A stretch of DNA of 64,000 nucleotides from Octopus vulgaris. Taxonomy: Eukaryota. How positions within the stretch are numbered: the stretch's first letter is position 1; the number at the start of each line of letters is the position of its first letter. The DNA is taken from positions 100,006,001 to 100,070,000 of the forward strand of contig OX597817.1 of assembly GCA_951406725.2 (NCBI GenBank), read 5' to 3'. The notes under the pieces are model-generated. The model had not been told where the DNA came from. It searched no databases and saw only the letters and a program-made list of their open reading frames with translations. Positions 14,087-25,732 of this stretch are shown piece after piece. A program made the position numbers and the translations under genes.

Positions 14087-14760
14087 GTGCACTGTATTTC
14101 CTATCTGATACCATACAAAATGTATGACATCAGAAAAAAGGTTGAAGATTCCATGTTTATTAATACTATATGTGATTGCTCTGGCATGGAACAAGAATCA
14201 ATTGTCTGTTACGTTTCTAAAAACCAGGATGTCCACAAAGTTTTTCTCAGCTTTTATAACCTTCCTGACTACTGTTCAGAGATACTGCCTAAGATTATTC
14301 TGAACGTTTTTTGTCACCTAAATATTTCACTGGGCTCAAAATTATGTTGCCTTTCCTTTGATGGCACATGCACCAAGAGCAGAAACATTTCAGGTATACA
14401 AAAGAGACTAAAAGACATGTTTCCTGGTATAATTTTAGTACACTGCAGAAATCACTATCCTGACCTTGTCCTCCAAGAAATTGGATCTACAGTTGCCATT
14501 GTTGCTAATGCACTGAACTTTGTTCATCAATGTGCCATTCTTTTGAAAGAGTTACCAAAGTCAAAGCGCTATGGACAAGCATTTGTGGTGAGAATGTCTT
14601 CATGTTGCAAGCCTGTGTCTCTGTTGCATCTAGTGAGGGAATGTTCAGCATACTGCACTATAGCAATACCTGACTCTGTATCACAATGATGCAACACCAT
14701 CTGACAGACTGTGCTGTAAATACATGTACATAAAACCTTGAGCAACAAAAATACTTTCGA
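14087..14760 (+). pseudogene. hAT (ZMYM1/THAP12-like) transposase fragment
   Basis: ORF 14087-14689 contains SFDGTCTKSRNISGIQKRLK and VHCRNH (the CxxH motif of hAT transposases). Confidence 0.75.
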
Positions 14761-15120
14761 CATCCTCCCTGGAAAACTTAATTGCCAAAATGATCAAGTA
14801 TAGAAAATTTTGGGGACTGATTTGAAACATTACTTTTCCACATGTAATAATAAAAATTATTAGTATACCTGTGTTTGTTTTGATATTAAGAATGAAAAAA
14901 ATCAATCTTGTTAATAAAAAATTTTGGAGCTAGGTTTGCACCCACTAAGCAAATTTTGTTCCCAGGTCACTGGCCACCCCTCGCTTGTTTATGACCAACC
15001 TTCCAACTTAAATTTCAATGTGAAAGAGTGTGAATTAAGCCCCCACTTTTTTTTTTTTTGCAGGGATAAGGTTAAGGTTTTAAATATTCCTTTCAGAAGG
15101 AAAAAGCTATTTTGTCATAA

Positions 15121-16604
15121 ATAATAATAATAATAATGAAATTATTGTATACCGTGCTCAGGTGCACCACAACTTGTCAGAAAGTGCATATAAAGTGTAT
15201 GCAGTAATGTACAAATGTCTGGAAAGCGAACAGTGTATGAGTCAGATACATGCTTGCACATGTATGGAGGGGAGAAAATCAGGTGTAGAGTTGGCGAATC
15301 TCAGGAAGCATGGAAGTTTGGAAGGATGCAGTGCTCCGACAACTAACAACTGATGCTGGCAGTTTGTTCCATGCTTCAGCAACTCTTAGCATGAAAAAAT
15401 GTTTCCGAAAGTCATGGGAGCTGTGCTGTTTTCGGACTTTGTAAATATGTCCATGGGTGTTAGACAGGTGGAGTTTGAAAAGGTGCTCAGAGTTATTGTT
15501 TGTAAGATGGTTAATAATTTTATTGGTGTCTGCCAAGTCAGCTGCCAGACGTCGGAGTTTCAATGTGTCCATGCCCAGGGAAGTAAGGCGTTCAGAATAT
15601 GGCAAATGCCTGATGGAGGGTATTTTGGTTGCACGTTGCTGAACGGCTTCCAGACGATTAATATCCTGGGCAAGATAGGGATTCCAGACCGGTGATGCAA
15701 ATTCCAGGTGAGGTCATACCATAGCTATATAAAGCCGCAGATAGATAGCTAGAGAGCGGCTCACAAAGGACTTGGCGAGTGATGCCAAGACACCCTCAGC
15801 CTTCTTGGCAATTTTAGCGATGTGTTTTGTCCAACGCAAATCGCTGTCAACAATAACACCCAGGTCACGTTCACATGAAGACTGTTTGAGATTAGTGTTG
15901 TGAAGGGAGTAAGTAGATGCTGCGTTTTTCCTCCTAAAATGCAGGGTGGTACATTTGTTCACAGCCAGCTTGAGTTGCCAGTCCATGATCCACTGCTGCA
16001 TTGTGTCCAGGTCTAATTGCAATAGAGATCTATAGTGTACAGGATCTGACCTCTTTATTTCGAGGTACAGCTTGATGTCATCTGCATATTTCAGCGCTGT
16101 GGCATTCTTTAAGTTGGCATCTATGTCATTAACATATGCAACAAATAAAAGGGAGCCAAGAACAGATCCCTATGGTACACCAGATGTCATCTCATAGGGT
16201 GGAGGGTGCTGTCCTAGAACAGTGACAACCTCTTTTCGGCCGAAAATAAAGGACTTCAACCAGTTATAGAGATCATCTCTTACGCCCAACGCAGAGAGTT
16301 TCACCATAAGTCTTTTGTGTGGCACAGAGTTAAAAGCCTTAGAAAAGTCCAGGTAAACAACATCCACCCAGGATCCGCGATCAGTGATTTGGGTAATGTC
16401 CTCAAGAAACTCGATGAGTTGATTACAGCAGCTGGAGTTAAGAATAAATCCAAATTGTGACAGCTGGATGAGGCTGTGAGACTTCTAGTAGTTCCAGAAG
16501 ATTTCTCTGACACAGGATTCCATCAGTTTGGCGATGCAGCTAGTAAAACTAACAGGCCGATAGTTGACAGGCGATGTGCGGTCACCTTTTTTGAACAGAG
16601 GGAT
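15121..16604 (-). mobile_element. CR1-clade LINE, 5'-truncated copy 1 with (ATT)n tail
   Basis: RT motifs YLDFSKAF, SGVP, ERDLGVIVD, LGMDTLKLRR and RVAEAWNKLP. (TAA)n at 15118-15137 on the + strand. Several stops and frameshifts. Confidence 0.92.
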
Positions 16605-19060
16605 AATATAATAATAATGAAATTATTGTATACAGTGCTCAGGTGCACCACAACTTGTCAGAAAGTGCATATAAAGTACATGCAGTAATGTAGAAATGTC
16701 TGGAAAGTGAACATGCTTGTGTGTGTATGGAGGGGAGAAAATCAAGTGTAGTGTTGGCGAATCTCAGGAAGCATGGAAGTCTTGAAGGATGCAGTGCTCC
16801 GACAACTAACAACCGATGCTGGCAGTTTGTTCCACGCTTCAGCAACTCTCAGCGTGAAAAAATGTTTCCTGAAGTCATGGGAGCTGTGCTGTTTTCTTAC
16901 TTTGTAAATATGTCCACGGGTGTTAGATAGGTGGAGTTTGAAGAGGTGCTCAGTATTATTGTTTGTGCGATGGTTGATAATTTTATGGGTGTCTGCCAGG
17001 TCAGCTGCCAGACGTCGGAGTTTCAATGTGTCCATGCCCAGGGAAGTAAGGCGTTCAGGATATGGCAAATGCCTGATGGAGGGTATTCTTTTGGTTGCAC
17101 GTCGCTGAACAGCTTCCAGACGATTGATGTCCTGGGCAAGATAGGGGTTCCAGACCGGTGATGCAAATTCCAGGTGAGGACTTACCATAGCTATATAAAG
17201 CCGCAGATAGATAGCCGGAGAGCGGCTCACAAAGGATTTGGTGAGTGATGCCAAGACACCCTCAGCCTTCTTGACAATTTTGGCGATGTGTTTTGTCCAA
17301 CGCAAATCACTGTCGACAATAACACCCAGGTCACGTTCACTTGAAGACTTTTTGAGACTAGTGTTGTGGAGGGAGTAGGTGGACGCTGGGTTTCTCCTCC
17401 CAAAATGCATGGTGGTACATTTGTCCACAGCCAGCTTGAGTTGCCAGTCCATGATCCACTGCTGCATTGTGTCCAGGTCTGCTTGCAATAGAGATCCATA
17501 GTGTATAGGATTTGACCTCTTTATTTCGAGGTACAGCTTGATGTCATCTGCATATTTCAGCGCTATGGCATTCTTTAAGTTGGCATCTATGTCATTAACA
17601 TATGCAACAAATAAAAGGGAGCCAAGAACAGATCCCTGCGGCACACCAGATGTCATCTCATAGGGTGAAGAGTGCTGTCCTAGAACTGTGACAACCTCTT
17701 TTCGGCCGAAAATAAAGGACTTTAACTAGTTATAGAGTTCGTCTCTTACACCCAACGCAGAAAGCTTCACCATAAGTCTTTTGTGTGGCACAGAGTTAAA
17801 AGCCTTAGCAAAGTCCAGGTAAACAACATCCACCCAGGATCCGCGATCAGTGATTTGGGTAACATCCTCAAGAAACTCGATGAGTTGATTACAGCAGCTG
17901 GAGTTAGGAATAAATCCGAATTGTGACGGCTGGATGAGGCTGTGAGACTTCCAGAAGTTCCAGAGGGTTTCTCTGATACAGGATTCCATCAGTTTGGCGA
18001 TGCAGCTGGTAAGACTGACGGGGCGATAGTTGACAGGCGATGTGCAGTCACCTTTTTTGAACAGAGGGATGACACTGGCAGTTTTCCACTGTTCTGGAGT
18101 AACACCATTGTCAAGACAGAATTGGAAGAATAGAGAAAGTTGGCTTAGAAGAAAGTACCCACCGCGTTTGAGAAGTAGGTATGTAACACCATCGAGACCA
18201 GGAGAGGCATAATTGCGTTTATTCTTTAGATGGCATTGCAGCATTGCTCTGGACAGAATTGGAATAGTGAAAGTTGGCTTAGAAGACAGTACCAACCGCG
18301 TTTGAGAAGTAGGTATGTAACACCATCGAGACCAGGAGAGGTATAGTTGCGTTTATTCTTAAGGTGGCGTTGTAGCATTGCTGGTGTAAATTTCATAGTA
18401 GATATAGAGTCCAGTGTCAGAAGTGATGAGGATGGAACATTTTGGTCTTCGACAGTAAAGATGCCTGCATAGCATCCAGCAATGATTTCTGCACATTCTT
18501 TGGGATTACCAGTAATCTGCCCTGTGTGGGGATTGTGAAGGGGACCAACTGGAGAGTGAGGTCTCTGCTTTGAGTGTACATACTTCCAGAACACTTTGCT
18601 GTCAGGGTTGGTTGCTATGCATTGTTCAAATTCAAGCACTGCCTTTTTTTTGTCACCTGCTTGAGGTGGTTGGCTGATCTATTGCGCTTTTTCCTGTTGA
18701 TCTCTAATTTGTGCATTTTGTATTCCTGTTCAGCATTACAGCGTCCTTTCCTGGCAAGTTGGACTGCTGCAGTCTCCCAAATTGCACTATTGGGTGTTTT
18801 TTTTTGTGCTTGCATGGTACTGATGCTGCACATGCCACCCATATTGAATTCACAATGTTCTGAAGTATAGTGTCCACATCTCCAGATGCATAAAATTCGA
18901 GCCAGTTTGGGCGTTGCAGCTCAGTACAATAAGAGCTCCAGTCTGCTTTATTCCAGTCAAAGTGGGCAGTTTGAAGATGGTTGTGGTTTTTGTTACAACC
19001 AATTCTCCTTCTCCATTAAACGTGTCATAAGGTAGACAGAAACTGAAAGAAGCCTGTCAC
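16605..19060 (-). mobile_element. CR1-clade LINE copy 2 (longer), RT domain nearly intact
   Basis: ORFs 17726-18295 and 16742-17656 are in frame and separated by one TAG. Motifs SPGLDG, NYRPVSLTS, QFGF, LDFAKAF, GVPQGSVLG and YADD. Tail at 16605-16618. Confidence 0.93.
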
Positions 19061-20950
19061 AGAGAAAGAGAGAGATCACCACTCAGTATGTGAGAGAGGG
19101 TAGTGATGTGCAGATTGGTGATGTTATAATAGCCAGTGTACTGCATGTAGTTTTTGTTTGCTTTTTAATGCTGGTTTCAGCTTATTAATTAGGATGACCT
19201 CCTTGATTCAAAGGTTGCCTGTGTTGTGTTCTATGGCTCTGATGGATGCAGTAAAGTCCAAGGTCTGGTACTTCAGCAGGCGTGTACACACATGTTCTTC
19301 AATGTGAATGTGCAGTTTTCTTACCTTACAAGTTTTCTATTAAAAGCTATCAACACAACAAATCTGATGTGTAGAAATGACTTGCTCTTGGGAAAAAGTG
19401 AACATACAGACCTTGTCTGACTGCTTGCAACAATATTGATATTCCAGTAAATGCACCCATCGCTAAGCGAATCATGTGTGGTTGGGTAACATATTTATCT
19501 TCTACCACTTTCTACAACAAGTAAAGTTCATTGGTCGGCTTCAATACTTTGAAGTCATTTAGTTTCATATTCCTGTTTCTGTTAACATACAACCAATATT
19601 TATTTATAACTAATGAGAAACAAAATTTTCTGTCTAGATTGTGTATATTTGTATTAATATTCATTACAGTAATTTTGAGATTAAAATTGCATAATGATGT
19701 CAATGATTGATTTGTATAATCTAAGTCCAGGTGTTTTAGTAGCACCATTCCAAAACTAAAATTTTCCATTTATGATTAAGATCATCATAAGCATGTAAGT
19801 ATCCAGTCATTTAATACCGCACTCTTGAAAAAAAATTGTTATTTCTTAACCAATTGAAATGAATACATTATCTTAACATTTATTGATATGAAGGAATAAA
19901 AGGCTAAATTCATTTAAATGGAATTATATAATTTTTAAAAGTAAATAGTCTTTAAATGTGACAGTTTGGAAAGAACAATAACTAATTAAAAATTGGGGGA
20001 AAAAAACTACAAACTACTAGCATTGATTTACTACACTTTGTAACAACAGCTTTTGGCAAGGAAAAAAATGACAAAAGAGAGTTTTGAGAGCCAACTTTAT
20101 TTTACCCAAGAGAGTTAACTTCATTTTGAACAATTAAACTAAAATGAATAAATCAAGGGAGATTATCCTGATAACTAAATGTGACACACGTTCTAATCTT
20201 AAACAGTAGTTGACAGTTTGAAAACAAATTAACAGCCATCAACAATAAAATTTGAGTGACATGACATTAATTGCCTGATTATTTGAATTCCAGTCTTTGC
20301 TGAACTATCTTAGTGATACATAACCACAGGCGTGAGGGAGACAACTCTTTGTCATTCTAAATGGGCTTGCAGAGACTTGATAAAACTGTTAGAACATAAT
20401 TATATTAAAAATTTGAATTCAGGCGCAATGGAACATTTCTGTTTTCAGTCTTTTCTTTGATATGAGACCTTTTTTCGGGGTTAGGGGTATTCTCACAAGA
20501 AAGGGAAACTAAGGAGGCACACATAGTTTTGTGTTGTTTCTAAATATGTTATACTACAATTGCCATCGCACAAGTGGAGGCCATTGTGAGAGTGGTTAAT
20601 ATAGTTTTGATTCACTGGCTTGTGATTTAAAGTAAAAAAAAAAAAAAAAAAACCTATTTTTCTCCTTTACACACACACAAATTAATGCACTAATGATCAA
20701 ACTGCTTATAAAAAGAAATAAAAATGCAAACCACCATAATGACAGGCTTCGTTTACACAATGGCGGTGAAATGATATACCATGTGTGCTCTCATTTTGGG
20801 AGACACATGCACACACACACACACTATATGTAGTTGATACTAAAAGAAAATGTTAAACATTCCCACAACACCTAAATTGGAACTTGGACTGAATGCTTTG
20901 TCTTGGCAATAGAATAAAAGAAATTGTGTAAATTCAAAATTATTCCTTAC

Positions 20951-21030
20951 TCGCTTTCTCATTTATTCTTCCTATCTTCCTGCCAGGAATATACTGCTTG
21001 AATATAATTGACTACTGTTCCATTACTCTA
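20951..21030 (-). other. Candidate internal exon (80 nt), coding status unclear
   Basis: Acceptor TTGTATTTTATCAG|TAG and donor CGA|GTAAGG. Duplicated in decayed form at ~22260-22335. Confidence 0.3.
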
Positions 21031-23879
21031 CTGATAAAATACAAGATAAAATAACAGGCTGTTTACAGATTGAGAATATGAAATATTAAATGTTTATGTA
21101 ATATAAAATTTTTACTCACTTGCTTATAATAATTTGAAGAAGAAAAAAATCTTCATATGCTTTCACCCTTACATGAAAAATAGATGAACCAAAGATCAAA
21201 CTGTTTATTCAGGTTTTGTTTTTTAACTTTGAATTTATAGAGGAAGACAAATGGAATGTAGTGATCTACATGTCTTTCCATAAGTGAAATAAAATGGTTT
21301 TAAAAGATCTAATTGCAGGGTTCACCAGGTGCTAACTTCTACTTAACAGCACTCATCACATTTTAAGAAGATCCTATTTCGAATTAGATTTAGTATTTAC
21401 TAAATCATAAATCATGACAAGCATCATGATACTAGTTGTACAAGAAAACCATTTATATCACTGTCACATTTTCTTAATGATAAATGAAAGAAAACAAAAC
21501 TTGTCAGCTAGCTAAGAAAGTAGTATTAAAGACTGATTTGTATTAAAAACTAAACATGACAGCACGAAGGAGCAATCAAAGTTATCCAAAGCAGAAGAGC
21601 AAAGTGAAAAATGAATGAAAATAGGTATTGGTGGTAAAGTGTAACTGTGTAAATATAAGTGAAGGAACATATTCTTCCAGAAGAGCACCAAGTAAAGACT
21701 TATTCACAAGTGGTGGAAAATAGATGTACTCAAAGTACAATCAGTCACATAGAATCTTTTAAGAAAATAGCTATCTTCAACCCAGCACACAAACAGTATT
21801 GTAATCAACATTCCAACTGCTCTGGTGTGTATATAGGTAGTTAGGGTAAATGCAGGCTGTTTCCTCTTGAAGCACATCTGCTTATTCTATTGTTGCAATC
21901 AAAATGTATCCATAATTACTGTTGTATGTTAAAATATAAAAATTGAGAATTGCTGAAATATTATTTGCAGAGTTATTGTATAATAAACAGGAAAATAAAA
22001 ATTTTTGGTATTATTTATTCTCCATTACATGTGTTTCATTTACTAATAAGAATTATAAAGATTTACATGTTAGATAGATATGCAAGGAATTTCTAATAGG
22101 AAATTCCTGCTCTTTTTTTGGGGTTACATGCACATACACTAAATGTAGTTGATACCGAAGAAAATGTTAAACATTCCCACAACACCTAAATTGGAACCTG
22201 GACTGAATTCTTTGTCTTGGCAGTAAAAGAAAACAAATGTGTAAATTCAAAATTATTCCTTACTCATTGCTTTCTCATTCATTCTTCCTATCTTCTTGAC
22301 TGGAATATGCTGCTTGAATATGATTGATTACTGTATACATAACATGTAAATCTTTGTAATGTTTGCTAATTCCTATGAGCAAATGGAACACATGTAATGG
22401 AGAATAAATAACAAAAAAATTTCTATTTTCCAGTTTTGTTTCATACACACACACACACACACAAGAAATAATTTTTGTCTCTTTTTATGGAGACAAAATG
22501 GTTTATAAGACTGCAAAAAAAAGTGCTCAAATGTGATTGAGACAGAGATGAAAAACATTGATCAGAGAACAGACATCAAATTCGAGTCAATTATAACAAA
22601 ACTTGGACAATCCAATTTTTTAATCTATTGTCAACTTGAAATGTTTTCTCTAGCCAAAATATGCTAGAATAAAATGATGTAATTATTAAACTGAAAATGA
22701 TAGAGACTAAACTACCTCAAGTACTGAGGACTTTCAGGGAATAAAATAAAGAAAGCAGTTATAATAAATAGATGTAATACATAAATGATTTTAAGCCTTT
22801 AAGCCTTATTGATGAAGTAACTGTTTCATTATTAAGGTTTTTATTCAAGAGCAATGAAAAGGCTAAGGATTGACAGAAAGAGTTCAGTTCATACAGGATG
22901 GTGCTAAAGTTAGAGTTTAAATTAGAAGTTAAATTAGTACACAAGTTGCTAGCCACAAAAATACATCTCCATTCTAATTCCCTAGATTTCAATTTTGAAT
23001 GATGTCCTTGGAAATATTTGAATGCTAAAGACTCAATTTTCTGTTAAATTGTTTCAGATTAAAATATAAGTTATTTGTACAGAGTAGTATCTACAGGAAA
23101 GTACAATATGGAAGGAATAAAATATTATGTAACTAGGTCCACAAAAGTTGCTGTGGATATTCTAATAGGAAATAAGTGTTATTGCAACACAAAACAAGAG
23201 CAGAAAAATGAAAAACACTTTGCAGTCTAGTGACATAAACTAGCAGAGGAAATGGAACCAGTAATAAAATTTTGAGTAAGGAAAAGAGCATTTGCAAACA
23301 GTAAGAAAATAAAGGTATTTCTTACAATGTAAATAATAAACTATATAATGTGCATGTACTAAGTACGATGATATATAGCAGATTAATGTAGACAGTGAAT
23401 TGATACTTATAACAATTGCAAGGACCAAGTTGAGTATGGTTGATTTGATGTGTAATATTACAGAATGGACTTGAGAAAGCTTGATACTAAAATTATTGGA
23501 AACTGGTAGAAACACATAATGCCAATGAATGATACTTGGTAGATAAAATAGATCATGGTGGAATGTTGGCAGGACAAAAACAGATTTGAAAAGGTAATTA
23601 GCACAGACTTTAAAACATTGGATAATAAGCATAACATGATACTTTATTACAAACCTCTCTATCTCTCATACTAGCATAAAGAATAAAGAGATAATGATAA
23701 TTGGTAGAAAAGATCTGTTTATAACTATAACATACTATTTGTAACCTAGATTTGAAATAGGAGTCCACTATTACTACTTCACTTTTCAATATTTCCTTTA
23801 TTTTCATTATGGAATGTAAAATTCAAATTATAAAATCCTTTTTAAAATTTGCATGTTTTAAAAATTTAATGTTAGTAAG

Positions 23880-24633
23880 CAAGGATCGGCTGAAAAGTGC
23901 ATAGGCTGATTATGAAGGAGTGATGCAAGCACTGCGATATATTGCATGGATTAATTTCAACTCCTCTTATTAATAACTGCATTGTTTCTTTACAGGTAAA
24001 CAGACATCTGACTATTCAAAGAAGGCTTCAAAAGTAATTAGCAGCAACTTCTCTTGAAAATGAGCAAAATTTGGCATCATGGTGTTATCAAGTACCAGAG
24101 ACAATCTACACAGAGGAAACACCTCTCCTTACTTGCTCCAAAGAAGGCCAAAATAGTTTCAGGAAAGGTGATGACCACAGTGTTTTGGGAAGCAAAAGGT
24201 ATTGTGTTTATTGACTATCTTCAAAAGCACCACACTGTCAATAAAGAATAAGCCAACTTGCTGAGGCAGTTATGGAAAGCTATCAATGGTCAGGAAAAAT
24301 TACGAAAGGGGTCTTGTTTCAAGGTCCAGCACACAAGACCTTGCTTTCAATGGCTGTTGTGCATGACTGTGGCTTTGAACTGGTTGATCACCCACCCTAT
24401 TCTCCTGATTTGGCCCTATCTGAATATCATCTATTCCCCAACATGAAAAGAAATTTGGCTGGGAACTAGTATCACAGTGATGATGATGTCATATCTGCTG
24501 TTCAGGACTTTTGTGAGCAACAAGATGAAAAATTCTTCACCAATGGGATTCAAGTGTTGTAACACAAATGGAAGAAACAAACCTCAGTCACATTCCATGT
24601 GAGTATCTTGGCCAGCCTATGAACATTTCAGCT
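23880..24633 (+). mobile_element. Internally deleted mariner element
   Basis: TIRs GGCTGAAAAGTGCATAGGCTG / CAGCCTATGAACATTTCAGCT. Transposase motifs PKKAK..GKVMTTVFWEAKGIVFIDYL and HPPYSPDLALSEYHLF. Confidence 0.9.
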
Positions 24634-25197
24634 GTTGAAAGATAAAGTTGATAAAATAAGTACCAATAATCTAAATGAAGTGCAAGGGATAATATCTATA
24701 TCATACAAAATAAAAGTATTTCAAATAAAATGAATATGTAAAACCATTTGCTATAAGACAACCATGCAAAATATAGATAAGTTGAATTCTTCAGTAATAT
24801 TTTATATTTGTATGCATTCTATGTATTTACAGTATATTGTTTACTGTAACATGTAATTTTCTTCAAATGATTTTTTTTTTTAGATTTTATATTACCAAAA
24901 AACCTCCATTAATGACTTAGAATTAAAGAAAGCAATGAAGTAAATGATTAAACAGTTTCAATAAATAATGTATGGAAGACAAAAACTTAAAAGGTTAAAA
25001 AGAACAAGTTTTATCAGTCACAGTATTTTACAAGGTGTCTCCAAATGTCTCTAGAATTTAAATGATATATAAAAATTTTTAAAAGATGTAGCAACAAGAA
25101 ATAAATCAGGATCCTCATAATTATGTCACTATTTGTGAAGCTTACAAGCAATTTGAAGTTCAACTGATGAAATTTTTGAGAAATTTCATCCTATATT

Positions 25198-25199
<2 letters not shown>

Positions 25200-25277
<78 letters not shown>

Positions 25278-25465
25278 TCATCCAGATCGCATGTTATTCC
25301 TTTCTTGTGTTGAATCAGCTGTTTTAACCTCAAGAAAGTCTTTAGATAACATTGTATCACTGGCCTCTATATTTTTGACAATAATGGCTCATTTTGAAAA
25401 CAAAACAAACTCATATTGACATCGTACTTGAAATATATATACCCTTTAAGTGTATGTACAGGAAA

Positions 25466-25514
<49 letters not shown>
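25200..25514. repeat. Two (AG)n microsatellites (~25200-25273 and ~25470-25514)
   Basis: Direct observation. Confidence 0.95.
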
Positions 25515-25520
<6 letters not shown>

Positions 25521-25732
25521 TGAGTGACAATAATGACTGTTCACATTGTAACAAGTATTTGCTGACTGTTTTTTTGCAATCTCAGACACTTTGAGGATCA
25601 TGTCTATCTTAAGAAACATTATAAGCAGGAGGATTAACAAAAAAAGAAAAAATTCAGTTGTTGAAAGAAAAGCTAAGGTGACAGCAAGCAGTGATAGTGT
25701 CAGTCAGTAAATAGTCAACAATATATATATAG

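Larger units (their letters stand above)
9844..14972 (+). mobile_element. Decayed hAT DNA transposon shell with nested insertions
   Basis: Left end CAAGAGCCTGGGAACAA..GTGGGTGCAAA matches the reverse complement of the right end TTTGCACCCAC..TTGTTCCCAGGTCACTG. Degenerate 8-bp TSD CCCATCTC/GCCACCCC. Transposase remnant inside. Confidence 0.55.

Noticed and set aside
19321-19580. Possible minus-strand exon(s)
   Set aside because: Stops in all frames and ambiguous splice sites.
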